Below, piece by piece: positions 10,870 through 22,870 of a DNA stretch of 64,000 nt (the first letter of the stretch is position 1; each line of letters starts with the position of its first letter). The notes under the pieces were generated by a model, which was given only the letters and a program-made list of their open reading frames with translations, ran no database searches and was not told the DNA's origin. The DNA lies in contig CBDCYI010000005.1 in assembly GCA_965224085.1 (NCBI GenBank), positions 1,600,001-1,664,000 of the forward strand. Direction: 5' to 3'. This stretch comes from Candidatus Marinacidobacterales bacterium (GTDB lineage Bacteria; Acidobacteriota; Vicinamibacteria; Marinacidobacterales; SMYC01). The position numbers were made by a program, and so were the translations under genes.

Positions 10870-11982
10870 ATGACTGGCTCATGGATCGAGCTAGACCGGG
10901 AATGTTTGCTCAGCAATCTCGAAACTTTCCGAATCCGCCTCGGCACCCGCGCACTCATGGCGGTCGTGAAGGCCAATGCTTACGGACACGACGCCGCCTA
11001 GGTCGCGCCTGCGATTCGAGACCACGTCGACTGGTTCGCGGTCGATGCGCTCGCGGAGGCTTACGAGCTGCGCGCGCTCGAAAGACCCATCTTGATTCTC
11101 GGGCATACGGACGCGTCGGAAGCGGAGCACGTGGTCGAGCTCGGGTTTCGTCAGGCGCTCTTTCGCCGCGATGTCGCGGAGGCTTTGTCAAAGGCGGCGG
11201 GGAAGCTCGGCCGTCCGGCGCGCATTCATTTGAAGATCGAAACAGGTCTTCATCGACTTGGGGTCAGCCTCGATGAGCTCGAAGAGTGGGCGGCGTTCTT
11301 GTCGCGTCTCGAAGGCATCGAAGTGGAAGGCGCGTACACGCACTTCGCTGACGTGGAAGATCCGAGCTCGACGTTTTCTCGAGCTCAGCTTGCTCGCTTC
11401 GAAACCGCGATAGCGCTGTTGCGGCAGCACGGTCTCGAGCCGACCGCGTTGCATGCGTCTCCGACCGCAGGGATCCTGCTCCACGAGCAGGGAAGCCTGA
11501 CTCTTGGCCGCGTTGGCGTCGGCCTGTATGGTATCTGGCCATCGAAGGAGACCGGGCTCGCCGCCAAATCGGTCGAACTCTGCCCCGTGCTCTCGTGGAA
11601 GTGCCGGCTCGCACAAGTGAAGACCGTGCCGGCGGGCGCGACAGTTGGCTATGACCTTACCTTCCGAGCGACGTCGGACCGCCGGATCGGCATCCTTCCG
11701 GTAGGCTATTACGACGGCTATGATCGAGGGCTCTCGAATCGCGGCGCTGTGCTCGTGCGCGGCCGGCGTGCTCCGATAGCGGGCCGCGTCGCGATGAATA
11801 TGTGCATGGTGGATGTCACGGGCATCGAAGCCGTCGAAGGGGACGAGGTCGTGCTCATCGGCGAGCAAAACGGCGCCTCCATCACCGCGGACGAAGTCGC
11901 TGCTTGGGCTGACACGATCGCTTACGAGACCCTCGCCCGTATCCATCCATCGCTGCCGCGTCGATTCCATTCGCATCCTTAG
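10870..11982 (+). pseudogene. alr: alanine racemase with in-frame TAG at 10999-11001
   Basis: MAVVKANAYGHDAA*, HLKIETGLHRLG, GYYDG, GRVAMN all in one frame. Confidence 0.88.
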
Positions 11983-12451
11983 TGCTGTGTGTCGTCGTCC
12001 CGTAGATACGCTAAACAGCAGTCGGCGAAATGAAACATAAGCGTCGCTTCCTGTCATGCAGACGGTCCTGCCGATCGGCGTATTGTCGCGAAAGCAGCTT
12101 CGACGAACACACGTGTAAGGGTTCCTGGTGTTGGCTCGCTTGACCACTGCAGCCGCACAGTCAGTGTAAACCGTCGTTGACACTTTCCGCTGAAGCTGTT
12201 TTCCCTGGAAAACAGGGACTTATCCGCTCAGGCCACTCTCCCTCTCCGCGAGGACACTCACTGACAACCGCCCTTGACACGCTTCGGCATTTTTAGCGTG
12301 GGCCCCAGCCTGAAGTGCTGGGCTTCAAGTCGTTGTGCCTGGTGGTGTTGATGGATTTCCTCCACTCTTACGCAAGCTTGGCACGCCCTTCGCCTTTGAA
12401 CCGCTTTTGTGCAAGCGGCCACAACAACCCTCCCTGCTAAGCCAGAACCAG

Positions 12452-12615
12452 CGCTGTACCGTCCGAGAAAGCCGCAACTTTCCGACCTGTATCAACTTCT
12501 CGAGACCCACTACGATGGCGTCAAGACTCAGTGGGAGGATCGCTTCGAAAAAGCGTATGGGTATTGACGCGGATTCGTCGACAACGTGGTGCTACGCTAC
12601 CTTGACTGCGGGGTT
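12452..12615 (+). mobile_element. IS91-like transposase Zn-domain N-terminal remnant (TGA at 12565), truncated
   Basis: LYRPRKPQLSDLYQLLETHY...RFEKAYGY*RGFVDNVVLRYLDCG. Confidence 0.65.
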
Positions 12616-14360
12616 CCAGTCGGAATCAATCTCGGTATTTCGTCGGATGATGGTCGCGAGAGTCTGCTGCTCCACGAGCGCGATGAGCTCAGGCGTGAGA
12701 TAAGTCTGGTACCAGAAGCGGTCCCCGGCTCGGAGTCGCACAAACTGGTCGCTGAGAACCCCGTGCCAAGTTGCCAAGTTTCTCCGACGGGCTCCGCCGC
12801 TGAGCGCGGGCTCCGACAACCCCCCGACCCAGGCATCGATGTCGTCAACGCTTTCGTAGGCTTCGCGGAGACGAGCTTGCACCTCACGGTCGGGATTGAT
12901 CTCGGCAAAGGTCTTTACCCGTTGAAGACCGAAGTCAGTGCGCACCTGGTTGTAGCTCGGGAGGCCATGATCGCGTCCCCGTTGGATGTTGAGTCGAATC
13001 CCCCCGTGCGCGGACCGCCGAAGAGAAAATTGCGCACTTCAGAAACGACCAACGTATCGACACGCTCCGCGCGCTTCTCGGCGAGGTCCGCGCAATACCG
13101 GCTCGATACCCGCGATTTGAATCTCCACGGGATTGAAGAAAGCGCCGGCGAGCGACAAGTGGCCTTCGGCGATCTCGTTCCCTTCCGAGTCGAGCCGAAG
13201 GAGCTGAGGGCAGCATGCTATGGCCAAAGCGATACGCTGCGGTAGCGAACACATTCGAGATCCCGGGGTGGACGCTCGGGTCGTAACCCCCATACGGCGG
13301 GAGGCCACGCGGCCCGAGTAGCACGGGAAGAAACTCACGATACGTGATCGCCTGCATTTCTGCGGCTACCATCATTCGCGCGCGTTCGTAGACCTCGTCG
13401 CCCCGGAGCGTCGGCTCTTCCTCGCGGATGCGGAGCGCCCACCAATTGTGCTCGCGTACGAATAACGTATGCATCGCGACGAGCCCTACTTGCTCGTCGG
13501 CGCGGAAATCTCCCGCGAGAAAAAAATCGGGTCGTTACCCGTGGGCGCATTCTCGAGTCGGCTGCGGTTGAAGGGAAGAAGATTCCCGGTGCTCGTCGTG
13601 AGGCGTCCACCGCCGTCGAGCGAACGAAGGGCTCTCGCGCGTTCCTCATCGGAACCGTCGACGTTCGAGGCGTCGGCGAACGCGGTGATCGTGTTGACCT
13701 GCTGACGTACCCCTGCCACCTTTCGATAGCTGGAACGTTCGAAGCTAATCGTGATGTTCCCCGAACCCTTGGGGTCGAAAAAACCATCGCCGACGGCACC
13801 GCGATTTCCATGGCTTCGCGTGGCTCCATCACAGCGATGAGATCGATGTCGTGGTCGACGAACTGTCCCCATTGCCACACGAAGCTCGACACGCCGTTCG
13901 AATTCGGGATGGAACCGTCCTGTTGGGCGCACAGGTTGCTGATTTCTCTCTCGCTCGGTCTTTCAGGCGCGGCAGGCACGCCGATACCGTCGCTGTAGTC
14001 GATGGCGCGGACGCGGAGGAGCGTCGTTCCGGCTCGTCCCCAGTCGGGATTCGCCCTATTGTTGCCGAGTCCGTCAATCGTTCGAACCGGCAGCGACCCG
14101 GACAATGTGTCCAATCTTCGGTCGCTACCAAGGACGTCGAGGTGCGACGACGTTGGCGCTTCCGTGCTCGGACGACTCGGCAAGACGCTCGAGTGATCGG
14201 ACTCATTCGGACGCGTCGATTGTTGCGGTCCCCCGGCAGCGGCGGCCATGAGCAAAACCGCGGCTCCCGCGGAGACATACAGAGAAACACGCGCAGCAAG
14301 CGCCTTGAAACAAGGCGGAATGGACGACGCACGAACCAGCCCCGGTGTGTTCTGAGACAT
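12615..14360 (-). pseudogene. animal-type heme peroxidase, multiply frameshifted
   Basis: RTIDGLGNN, WQWGQFVDHDI, MHTLFVREHN, FATAAYRFGHS, LRAGDRFWY spread over several frames. Confidence 0.88.
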
Positions 14361-14479
14361 CTTTACCTCCGTTTTAGGCTTTGCCTACATTCTTAGGGCG
14401 GCGATGTTCAGATGTTGTTCAGATGTGATGAGTTTGTGAACGATTGGGGCGACGATTAGCGCCAGAATTAGGGCGACGT

Positions 14480-14675
14480 ACGAGAAGCGCGGGATTGCCG
14501 GTTCCCCAGTAGATGGGATTATCCCCGTCGTAGCAGTCCGTGAGCCAAGTGGCGACACCGCCCGTCTTCCAGCTTTCACCCGCCCAGGTCTCATGCCCCG
14601 GCGTTCCGGGGCCGGGAATCGTCCAGAGCCGCCACAACCGATCGCCACTCACGGCATCGTAGGCGTCGAGAAGCA
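14480..14675 (-). pseudogene. PQQ-dependent dehydrogenase internal fragment
   Basis: LDAYDAVSGDRLWR...GGVATW...IYWGTGNP. Confidence 0.7.
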
Positions 14676-14799
14676 ATCTGTTTCTCTTGAGTAACGCCAT
14701 CACCCCGGTTTGGCCAGCGGCGGGTGTCTCGATGGCGCTTTGCTCTTCCAAGGCGACCGGGCATTCTGGGAAATCACTCTTGGCGCTGTCATCGACCCT

Positions 14800-15680
14800 T
14801 CACCGCGCAAAGCGAACGTGACAAGGGCTCGACCTTCACCATCGAGTTGCCGGCGAAAGTCGACCCCTTGGAAGCGGCCAAGTCCCCGGCGGAAGTGGAA
14901 ATCGAATCCCGCCAGGGAATCACGGACGGCACCCACCCCGTGCTGGTTATCGACGATAACGCAGAGGCACGGGATCTGCTCAAAAAGACCCTGGAGGCGG
15001 ATGGCTTCGCCGTGGTAACGGCGGCCGGCGGAAAGGAAGGTCTGGAGCTCGCGCGACGCTTCACGCCATCGCTCGTCACTCTAGACGTACTGATGCCGAA
15101 CATGGATGGTTGGGCGGTGTTGCAGGAGCTCAAGGGTGATTCCGCCCTCAAAGATATTCCCGTCACCATTGTCTCCGTCGTCGCGGAGAGGGGCATGGGC
15201 CAAGTGCTTGGCGCGGTGGAATATTTGCAAAAGCCGGTCGACCGCAAGCTGCTGTTGAGCATGGCGCACAAATATGCGGACCGGCGGAACGGAGGGCACG
15301 CACTGGTCGTGGAAGACGACGAGCACACCCGGTCTCTCATGCGCAACGTGCTCGGGGAATCCGGTTGGGGGGTGACCGAGGCGGAAAACGGCGCGGTTGC
15401 GCTGGAACGAGTGTCTGAGGGCAAACCGGACGTGATCCTGCTGGATTTGATGATGCCGGTGATGGACGGGTTCGACTTCGTGGTCAAACTTCACGAACGC
15501 GACGACTGCCGCTCCATCCCGATCATCGTGGTGACGGCGAAGGACTTGACGGAGGAGGAGCGCCGCACGCTCAACTGTGCTGTTGAGCGTGTCGTGCTGA
15601 AGGGCGCATACACCCAAGATGAGCTACTGCAACAGATTCGCGACCTGGCGGCTCGGTGTTGTGGTCGCAAAGAGACTTAG
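14800..15680 (+). pseudogene. C-terminal part of a hybrid histidine kinase (HATPase tail plus two REC domains)
   Basis: KGSTFTIELP, VLVIDD...LDVLMP, LVVEDD...LDLMMP; 5' part missing. Confidence 0.8.
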
Positions 15681-15925
15681 CCATCGCCTTGGCCTGGGCG
15701 CAGTGGCCCGGCTACGCAGTGTGATGATGGCGAAGGTTGGGCAAAGATGGACATAAAGGAGGCCCGGGCCGCAACTGCCACGGAGTGATGACGATCGAAA
15801 CGGCCCGGCGCGCCAGTCTTGAGTTCGTTTGTGTTTTTGGACAGGACGGGCACTGGCTCTGGGCGTTCCCGAGCAGAACTCTCGTCCAGAGCATCCGTTC
15901 CGTCCAGCTGTGCGCGCCCGAACTC

Positions 15926-16028
15926 CTATGCGGCGGCGCCGTGGTAATAACGGAGCAAACCGCCCAATCGCTTACGACATCGCGCCTTCCCGTGGGGACT
16001 GCCGACGCATTCTTCCGCTTCGATCAAC
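15926..16028 (-). mobile_element. integrase-core (rve-type) transposase C-terminal remnant
   Basis: Translation ...RCRKRLGGLLRYYHGAAA*. Confidence 0.6.
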
Positions 16029-16072
16029 GTCAGAAAACTCTCATGGTCTGATCGCCTAGGACCGCTTACCTA

Positions 16073-16223
16073 AAGGTGATGGGCTACCGACACCTTCCAA
16101 AGCTGCGTGAAGCGCTCAAGCGTGAACTGAAGATCGAGACCGCGAAAAAGAATACGTCGAGGAAGAACGTTGCTTAAACGAACCGGGAGCCGTGGAACAT
16201 TTCAACTAAGAATGGGCTTGACT
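16073..16223 (+). mobile_element. IS256-like transposase 3' end and right end remnant
   Basis: KVMGYRHLPKLREALKREL* followed by ATTTCAACTAAGAATGGGCTTGACTC. Confidence 0.55.
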
Positions 16224-16469
16224 CACTTTGGGGCATTCTCAACTACTACTGCCGTGCCGCGTAGATGGTCGCCGGCGACGGTAGCCCCTTGGTGGGCCCG
16301 CTCGGCGTAGCGTGAAAACAGCTTCAGGCACACGCCAAGTACGCGAAGCTCTATAAACGCAGTCGGCGAAATTCGAACCATATGTAACAAAAGGCAAGCG
16401 GCTATCACACTGTAGCCGCCACCATTCCTCGTTGCTGCTGGTTGAGAAAATGTCCAAAGACCATGTTCG

Positions 16470-16745
16470 ACTTTACATCTTGTATATTCCGCCGACGCTG
16501 ACACAGTATCGCAGCTTTCAAAGGATCGAACAGATCATCGTTCGGGTCGGCACGACGATTGCTCAGCTTCAGCGTGCGGATCACCTCAACATACTTGACC
16601 CGGCGAACGCTTTCTAGGAGCTGCTCAATAAGCACCTTCCGTCTCGTAGAATTGTGGATTCCAGGAATAGAGCGCTTTTCCCTATCAAAGGAAAGCAAGT
16701 CAGCCTCAAGTCCCTGAGCAAGCTCACGATCCCAGGGAAGGCCAC
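16470..16745 (-). pseudogene. fragment resembling alpha-glutamyl/putrescinyl thymine pyrophosphorylase clade 3 N-terminus
   Basis: LPGI-like 'IPGI', EQLLESVRRVKYV, RADPNDDLFDPLKAA; lower-GC region; recalled similarity only. Confidence 0.55.
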
Positions 16746-16931
16746 CCCCTGCTGTCCCATCTGGGCAAGCAAGCCGTCGACAGCTTTCGCAGTTTCGAAG
16801 AGGCACTCGTCACCGAAGACCAGGAGTACGACGCGCTCCCCGAGCAGCGTCGTTGGCAACCGGTACCGCGAGACTAGCGAGTTCCAAGGACTCGCGCAGT
16901 CAGACTTGTCTCATCTCATCGCCGCCGCGTC

Positions 16932-17183
16932 TTATTGCTTCGCTGTCTTCTTCGCCTTCTCTGCCGCTTTGGCTTCTCGCACCTTTGCCTTCTCCGCCGC
17001 TTTGGCCTTGGCTTCCCGCACCTTTAGCCACGCACGGACCTCCCGCAGACGGAATTGAGACGCCACGCCGCGCCCTCTAGTGTGGACCGGCATCCCAGAC
17101 CGCTCCCATTTTGTTACCATCTTTTTATCGACGCCCAAATGCTCGGCTAGTTCCGACCTCGTCAACACTCGCGCTTTGGCCAT
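16932..17183 (-). CDS. Nu1/terminase-small-subunit-like winged-helix protein with Lys/Ala tail
   Basis: ELAEHLGVDKKMVTKWERSGMPV pattern; GGAGGAGG RBS. Confidence 0.6.
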   Translation of the reverse strand: MAKARVLTRSELAEHLGVDKKMVTKWERSGMPVHTRGRGVASQFRLREVRAWLKVREAKAKAAEKAKVREAKAAEKAKKTAKQ

Positions 17184-17349
17184 AGTCCTCCTCCAAATGG
17201 CACTGCCCCCTTCTGCATTGAAAGACGCTTCTTAGGATACTACGGTTTCCCCTTGAACGAAGGATTCCAATTCCTTTACTTCTACTTCATTTCCACTCCT
17301 TTTGAGGGTCATTAGACTGGACTTTATTGAGCAGAAGAGCGAACGTTCG

Positions 17350-17784
17350 GTGATGCCGCAGGATACAGGGGTTGGCCGGAACGTCGTTCTGGACGGTTTG
17401 GACTTCGCCAGCTTGCGGCGGGTCTGGAAGCAAACCTTTGGGGCTACTCCTCCAAGCTCGCTCTCGCGCGTTTTCCTGCGCCGCGTTCTCTTGCACGAAC
17501 GCCAGTGCCGGACCCATGGCGGGCATTCGGCTACAACCCGGCGCGCTCTGGCCGCCATGGCGAACGAGACACCAAGCTCCGGCGCTCCCGCAGGGTCCGT
17601 TTCTGCCGGCACCCATCTCGTCCGCGAGTGGAATGGCCGTACCTACCAGGTCGAGGTAATCGACAACGGTTATCGGTTCGACGGCAAAACCTATCCGTCC
17701 CTCACGGCCATCACAAAGCGAATCACCAGCACCCACTGGTCAGGACCACGCTTTTTCGGTCTGACGCCCAAGCGCAAGGCCTAA
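17350..17784 (+). CDS. DUF2924 family protein
   Basis: GTHLVREWNG, YPSLTAITKRITSTHWSGPRFFGL; directly upstream of a serine recombinase. Confidence 0.8.
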   Translation: MMPQDTGVGRNVVLDGLDFASLRRVWKQTFGATPPSSLSRVFLRRVLLHERQCRTHGGHSATTRRALAAMANETPSSGAPAGSVSAGTHLVREWNGRTYQVEVIDNGYRFDGKTYPSLTAITKRITSTHWSGPRFFGLTPKRKA

Positions 17785-17785
17785 C

Positions 17786-18410
17786 ATGAAGAAAATCCGC
17801 TGCGCCATCTATACGCGAAAGAGTGCGGAAGAGGGTCTCGAACAGGAGTTCAACTCCCTCGATGCGCAGCGAGAGGCCTGCGCCGCGTATGTCGCGAGCC
17901 AGAAAGCGGAGGGCTGGGTGCTGCTGCCAACCGTCTACGAGGACGCGGGGATCTCGGGAGGAACCCTGGAGCGCCCGGGCCTACAGCGCTTGCTCGCCGA
18001 CATCGATGCCGGTCTCGTCGAGCAGATCGTGGTCTACAAGGTCGACCGGCTGACCCGTTCCCTCTCCGACTTTGCGAAGCTCGTCGAGCGGCTCGAGGCG
18101 GCCGGCGCGGTTTTCGTCTCGGTGACTCAGTCCTTCAACACCGCGACCAGCATGGGACGACTGACGCTGCATATGCTGCTGTCCTTCGCACAATTCGAAC
18201 GCGAGGTCACGGCCGAGCGGATCCGCGATAAGGTCGCTGCCTCCAAGCGCAAGGGACTATGGATGGGCGGCCGCGTACCGCTCGGCTATGAGAAGGACGA
18301 GCGCACGCTGCGCATCAACGAGGCTGAGGCCGAAACGGTCCAGACGCTCTATGCGCTGTACCGGAAGCACGGAACGCTCCGGCAGGTGAAGGCCGAGGCG
18401 GAAGCGCGAC
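17786..18410 (+). pseudogene. large serine recombinase, 3'-truncated
   Basis: CAIYTRKS, VVYKVDRLTRS, FAQFEREV; cut off by fusion to the oppositely oriented permease. Confidence 0.88.
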
Positions 18411-20750
18411 GCGGAGGCCGATCTCGTGCGTCCTCCGGCTCACCGAATACGCCATGACGCCGTAGATCCCGACGGCGGACAGCATCAGCGCGATCGCACC
18501 GAAGATTCCCATGACCGTCGCAAGGTATTTGAGGCCAATGAGGCGCTCCGACACGAGGGTTCGCATGGTCCGGACGTTGAAGATCGGCTGGTCCGCATCC
18601 GCGCGAAGAACGTGGGAGCGTACGCCCGCGGTCACGTCCGCCGGCGGCCCTGACGTTCGTATGGCTAGAAACATCGCCAGTCTCGGGGCTTGCTCCATGG
18701 GCAAGTAAAACGTCGGGCGCGGCTCTTGGAGGAACCAATCGTGCAGCACATCGCCCGACACGCCGACGACGGTCCACCATCGTTGTTCCGTGCCGTAGCG
18801 GAAGCGTTGGCCGAGGGGATCTTCTCCCGGCCACGATCGCCTCGCGAACTTCTCGCTCACCACCGCCACGAGCGCGGAGTCGGCGCGGTCCTCGCTGCCG
18901 AACCCTCTTCCCTGCAAGATGGGGATGCGCATGGTCTCGAAAAGGCTGGCGGTCGCGACGCGGAAGTGTGCGGTCGGCCGCTCGGACACGTTCTCGACCG
19001 GCGCGCCTTCGATATCGATGCTGCGACTGGAGTTGGAGCCGCTCGACGGCAAGATGTTCACGGCGTCGGCAGACACGACTCCCGGAAGCGTACGCACGCC
19101 ACTCAGAACGGCGCGATAGAATTGGAGCTGCGCTTCGTCTTCTTCGTATTTACCTTCGGGAAGTGCTATCTCCATCGTCATCAAGCCGTCCACGTCATAT
19201 CCTCGATCGGCGTCCACCAAGCGCATCGTTCCTTGGATACTCAGGCCGGAGGCGACGAGGAGAGTCAGCGCGAGCGCGACTTCGAACACGATGAGCACGT
19301 TGCGCCCGCGCTGCCGGACGCGACCGTCCGAGTTTCCCCGGCCACCTTCGCGAAGCGCCGCGGTGAGGTCGGGCCGCGACGCTTGAATCGCGGGGATCAG
19401 GCCGAAGATGAGCGCCGTCGCGACGGCGACGATGGCGGTAAAGCCCAAGACGTGCCAGTCGAGGTCGATCTGATCCCAGCCGACGACGAATCTCTGGATA
19501 TGGCCCGGCAGGCTCGAGCGCATGAGCTCGACGCCCAATCCGGCGAGCGGGAGCGCGGCCAGGGCTCCGAGAAGCGACAGAAGCTTACCCGCCCGCGTCC
19601 GGCGCCGAGCGCGATGTGCAGTGACAGCTCTTTCTCACGGTCGGAGCCTCGCGCCAGTATCAAGTTCGCCACGTTCACGCAGGCGATGAGCAAGACGAAC
19701 ACGGATGTGGCTTGCCACATATACAAGAACGTGGGTGTCCCGATATCGATGACCGCGTCGCCGAGCTTCATCGTGTTGATCCGTCTGCCGCTATTGGTCT
19801 TTGGATATTCCTGCTCGAGGCGCCCTGCGATGAGATCGAGCTCAGCGCGCGCGTCTACCACACTCGAGTCCGGGGCAAGACGTCCAATGACCTCGAGATA
19901 ATGAATGTCGCGAATGGCTGCCGCCTCCGCGTCGAGCCAGAGAGGTGCCCAAATCTCCGTGCCGAAGGGATAGTTGAAGCCTTCTTCAGCCACGCCCACG
20001 ATGTCGTAATGCTCGCCGTTCAAGAGCATCGTCTGGCCCACGACGTCCGGGTCGTTGCCGAAACGTTGCGACCAGGCGGCATGGCTCAACACGGCGGTGC
20101 GGGCGCCGACATCTTCGGCGTCGAGCGCGAGCGTGCGTCCGAGTTGTGGCTTCACGCCGAGCGTCTCGAGAAAGCCGGGTGTCACCAGCGAGCCTTGAAG
20201 TCTCTCCGGGTGATCCCCTCCGGTCAGATTCACGTCCCACCACTCGAAGGCGACGAGCTTGTCGAGATGCTCGCTTTGCGCTTCCCAGTCGAGAAAATTC
20301 GCCGGAGCGACGCCGCCCCGTTGCCATTCGGTGTTGGGCGCCAGGTCGTAGAGCTTGACGAGGCGGTCGAGGTCTGGAATCGGGAAAGGGCGGAGGATGA
20401 GGGCGTCGACGAGGGAAAAAATAGCCGCGTTCGCTCCGATCCCGAGCGCGAGCGTCACGATGACGATGCCCGCGAGCGGCGTGTTTCAGGTCTCGCATGA
20501 ATGTGTTCATCGACGGATCTCCTTTTCGCCGGCGCGCTCGCTCCGGCTTTCTGTTCCAAAACGTACGCACGCCCACGCGCAGGGCCACCAAGCAGTACCA
20601 AATGGCGGCGGCTCGACCGCTGTGGCGGCGTACGTAGGCAGCGTGTTCTTCGCTCAGATCCCCAAGGATGGCCTCGCCGTGCGCGTCACTCGGCACGAGC
20701 CGCGTGAATACCGCTTCGGCGAGCCTCGGAGGCCTCAGGGGTTCTTTCAC
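18410..20750 (-). pseudogene. ADOP ABC permease, frameshifted (~20470, ~19590) and 3'-truncated
   Basis: PPRLAE...GDLSEE leader, [34 protein letters not shown] in different frames. Confidence 0.88.
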
Positions 20751-21067
20751 GTGATTTTCCCGATCACCGATTCGAGGCCCTGCCAGAGGCGCACCATCGC
20801 GTCTTTTTCGCTCTTCAAAGCACTCACGCCGAGGGTGGTCACTTTGTAGTAGCGCCGGGAGCGGCCGCCGCGCTTCGGGGTGGGGTCACCCATCCGAGAC
20901 GACAGAAAGCCCTTCGATTCGAGCCGCTCCAGCACCGTATACAAGGCCCCGCGCGCCACGTTTCGCCCAGCTCTCTCTTCGAGCTCTTGGCGAATGCTGA
21001 CCGCGTAGGCCCCGTTTTTGAGTCTGAGGGCGGCCAGAAGTACCATTTGTTCGAATCCACCAATCAT
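20747..21067 (-). CDS. PadR-family transcriptional regulator
   Basis: GALYTVLERLESKG, RGGRSRRYY; typical partner of ADOP permeases. Confidence 0.9.
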   Translation of the reverse strand: MIGGFEQMVLLAALRLKNGAYAVSIRQELEERAGRNVARGALYTVLERLESKGFLSSRMGDPTPKRGGRSRRYYKVTTLGVSALKSEKDAMVRLWQGLESVIGKIT

Positions 21068-21199
21068 AGGAGCCAACCCTACACCTATGACTACGTTGTA
21101 GGCAAAACAAAGGTTCAAGTTCTATTTGGAGGTCCGCCGTGTTCGCGACGAGCATGCATTGCGGTGCGGTATGATCTTCGTGCGATCTATAAAGCGCTC

Positions 21200-21510
21200 A
21201 AGGAGCGGGAACGCGGTGCGGATGTCGACCGACTCGTCCATGCCCCAAGGTGTCACGCCGTAGTTTCCGAGGAGTGTTTTTCTCGCGACCGACGCCCAAG
21301 GCCATAACGTGCGGGAAAGGGTGTGACGTTAAAGTCCGAGCCATCGGCCCACCGGATGCCGCGCTCGAGAAACGTCTTGAATGGATTCAGGCGCGCCGCG
21401 CGCTCGACGCCGAAATTGCCCGCATAGGTGTCGCCGATCCACCACATGAACGTGGCGGACGGCTCAGGGTAGGCTGCGTCGTATTGCTCTTGCGTCCGCG
21501 CCATCTCGTC
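21200..21510 (-). pseudogene. amidohydrolase (YtcJ-like) internal fragment
   Basis: RLNPFKTFLERGIRWADGSDFNVTP. Confidence 0.5.
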
Positions 21511-21517
21511 GAGCGCG

Positions 21518-22066
21518 TCACCACCACTCTGTTCCCGGGGCACCTTTGAACGGACCGAGGACGTCGGAGGTGGCCCAGCCACCATAGAATCCACCAGGTT
21601 GCGCGTGTACTTGCTCGCCGCCCACGATGCAAGTGAGCCGCGCGGGATAAAACGAGAGAAAGCTTCGAATGGTCTCGAATCCAGCAAGAGGCTCGGGGTA
21701 GCTCCAGCCGACGTTCTCCAAGAACACAGCGTCACCGACGCGGACGGACCAATACTGTGTCTGACCCTTCCACTCGCACCACGAGCTCCCGAGGCCTTTC
21801 TCGACATAGCCCATCTGAATATCTCGCGGCGGGATGTAAAACGCGGGTGGGCTCGCGGTCTCCATCACGCGCACCGCACCGGTGCTCGACGCGATCACTA
21901 TGTCCCGAAAGAGCACGCGCACCTCGCGCTGATCCGCCTCTACCCGCGGTGGCCGTGGGTAGTCCCACACGGATTCCTCTCCGTCCTTCGGTGTCTCGGC
22001 GAACTCGGGACGCACTTGTCCACGGTAGTGCCATTTGTCGCGAGCGCGCTTTGTCGCGTCATCCAT
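21518..22066 (-). CDS. DUF427 domain protein
   Basis: ESVWDYPRPP, ETASPPAFYIP, CEWKG, GGFYGGW. Confidence 0.88.
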   Translation of the reverse strand: MDDATKRARDKWHYRGQVRPEFAETPKDGEESVWDYPRPPRVEADQREVRVLFRDIVIASSTGAVRVMETASPPAFYIPPRDIQMGYVEKGLGSSWCEWKGQTQYWSVRVGDAVFLENVGWSYPEPLAGFETIRSFLSFYPARLTCIVGGEQVHAQPGGFYGGWATSDVLGPFKGAPGTEWW

Positions 22067-22141
22067 GAGCGCCCTCACAATACATCTTCATGGCGCTTCG
22101 AGGAAACTGTGAGATCATGCGCACCAATTTGGAGGTTCACA

Positions 22142-22870
22142 ATGCGCGTCGTTTGGACGATGGCCGCCGTGGCGTTCTTGACGACTTCGGCGACGGCACA
22201 AGAGACCGATGATGACTGGGATGTCACCCTCGCTCGCGGTGAGACTTATGAGATCGACTTCGAGACCGATGAAGGCACATTCATGTCGGTCGACGTGTCG
22301 CCGGACGGCACCTACCTTGTATTCGATCTGCTGGCGCACATCTACCGGTTGCCGGTCGAAGGTGGCGAGGCCGAGTGTCTGACCGCGGATAGCGGCGTCG
22401 CGCTCAACTTTCATCCACGGATTTCTCCCGACGGAACCACGATCGCGTTCGCTTCCGACCGAGGCGGGCAGAACAATCTCTGGGTGATGGACGCCGACGG
22501 TTCGAATCCCCGCCAAGTGTTCAAGGATCTGAACGTCCGCGTCTTCGAGCCTGCCTGGATGCCTGACAGTGATTACATTGTCGTGCGGCGACAAAACCTC
22601 GAAAGGCCGCGCACGAGCGGGATCTGGATGTATCACCGTGAGGGCGGAAGCGGCATCGAGCTCGTCGACAAGGACGTGCGCCGCGCCTCGTGGCCGTCGA
22701 TCTCGTCCGACGGCCGCGACCTCTACTACCAGTTCGCGCCCGGCCCGGAGCGGGACCTCATCCGTGGCGCGCTCCAGCTCAACCGGCTCGACCTCGAGAC
22801 AGGCGACGTTTTCGAGGTCAGTGCCGGCGTCGCGCAGCAGCAATATCAAGGCTCGAGCGGCGGCGCTATC
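22142..22870 (+). pseudogene. secreted TolB/PD40 beta-propeller protein, 3'-truncated
   Basis: Signal peptide, DVSPDG, PRISPDG, ASDRGG repeats; fused to the opposite-strand gene. Confidence 0.8.

Noticed and set aside
11980-12185. Possible MITE after the alr stop (GTGTGTCGTCG / CGACGAACACAC)
   Set aside because: Imperfect short inverted repeat, no target duplication and no second copy.
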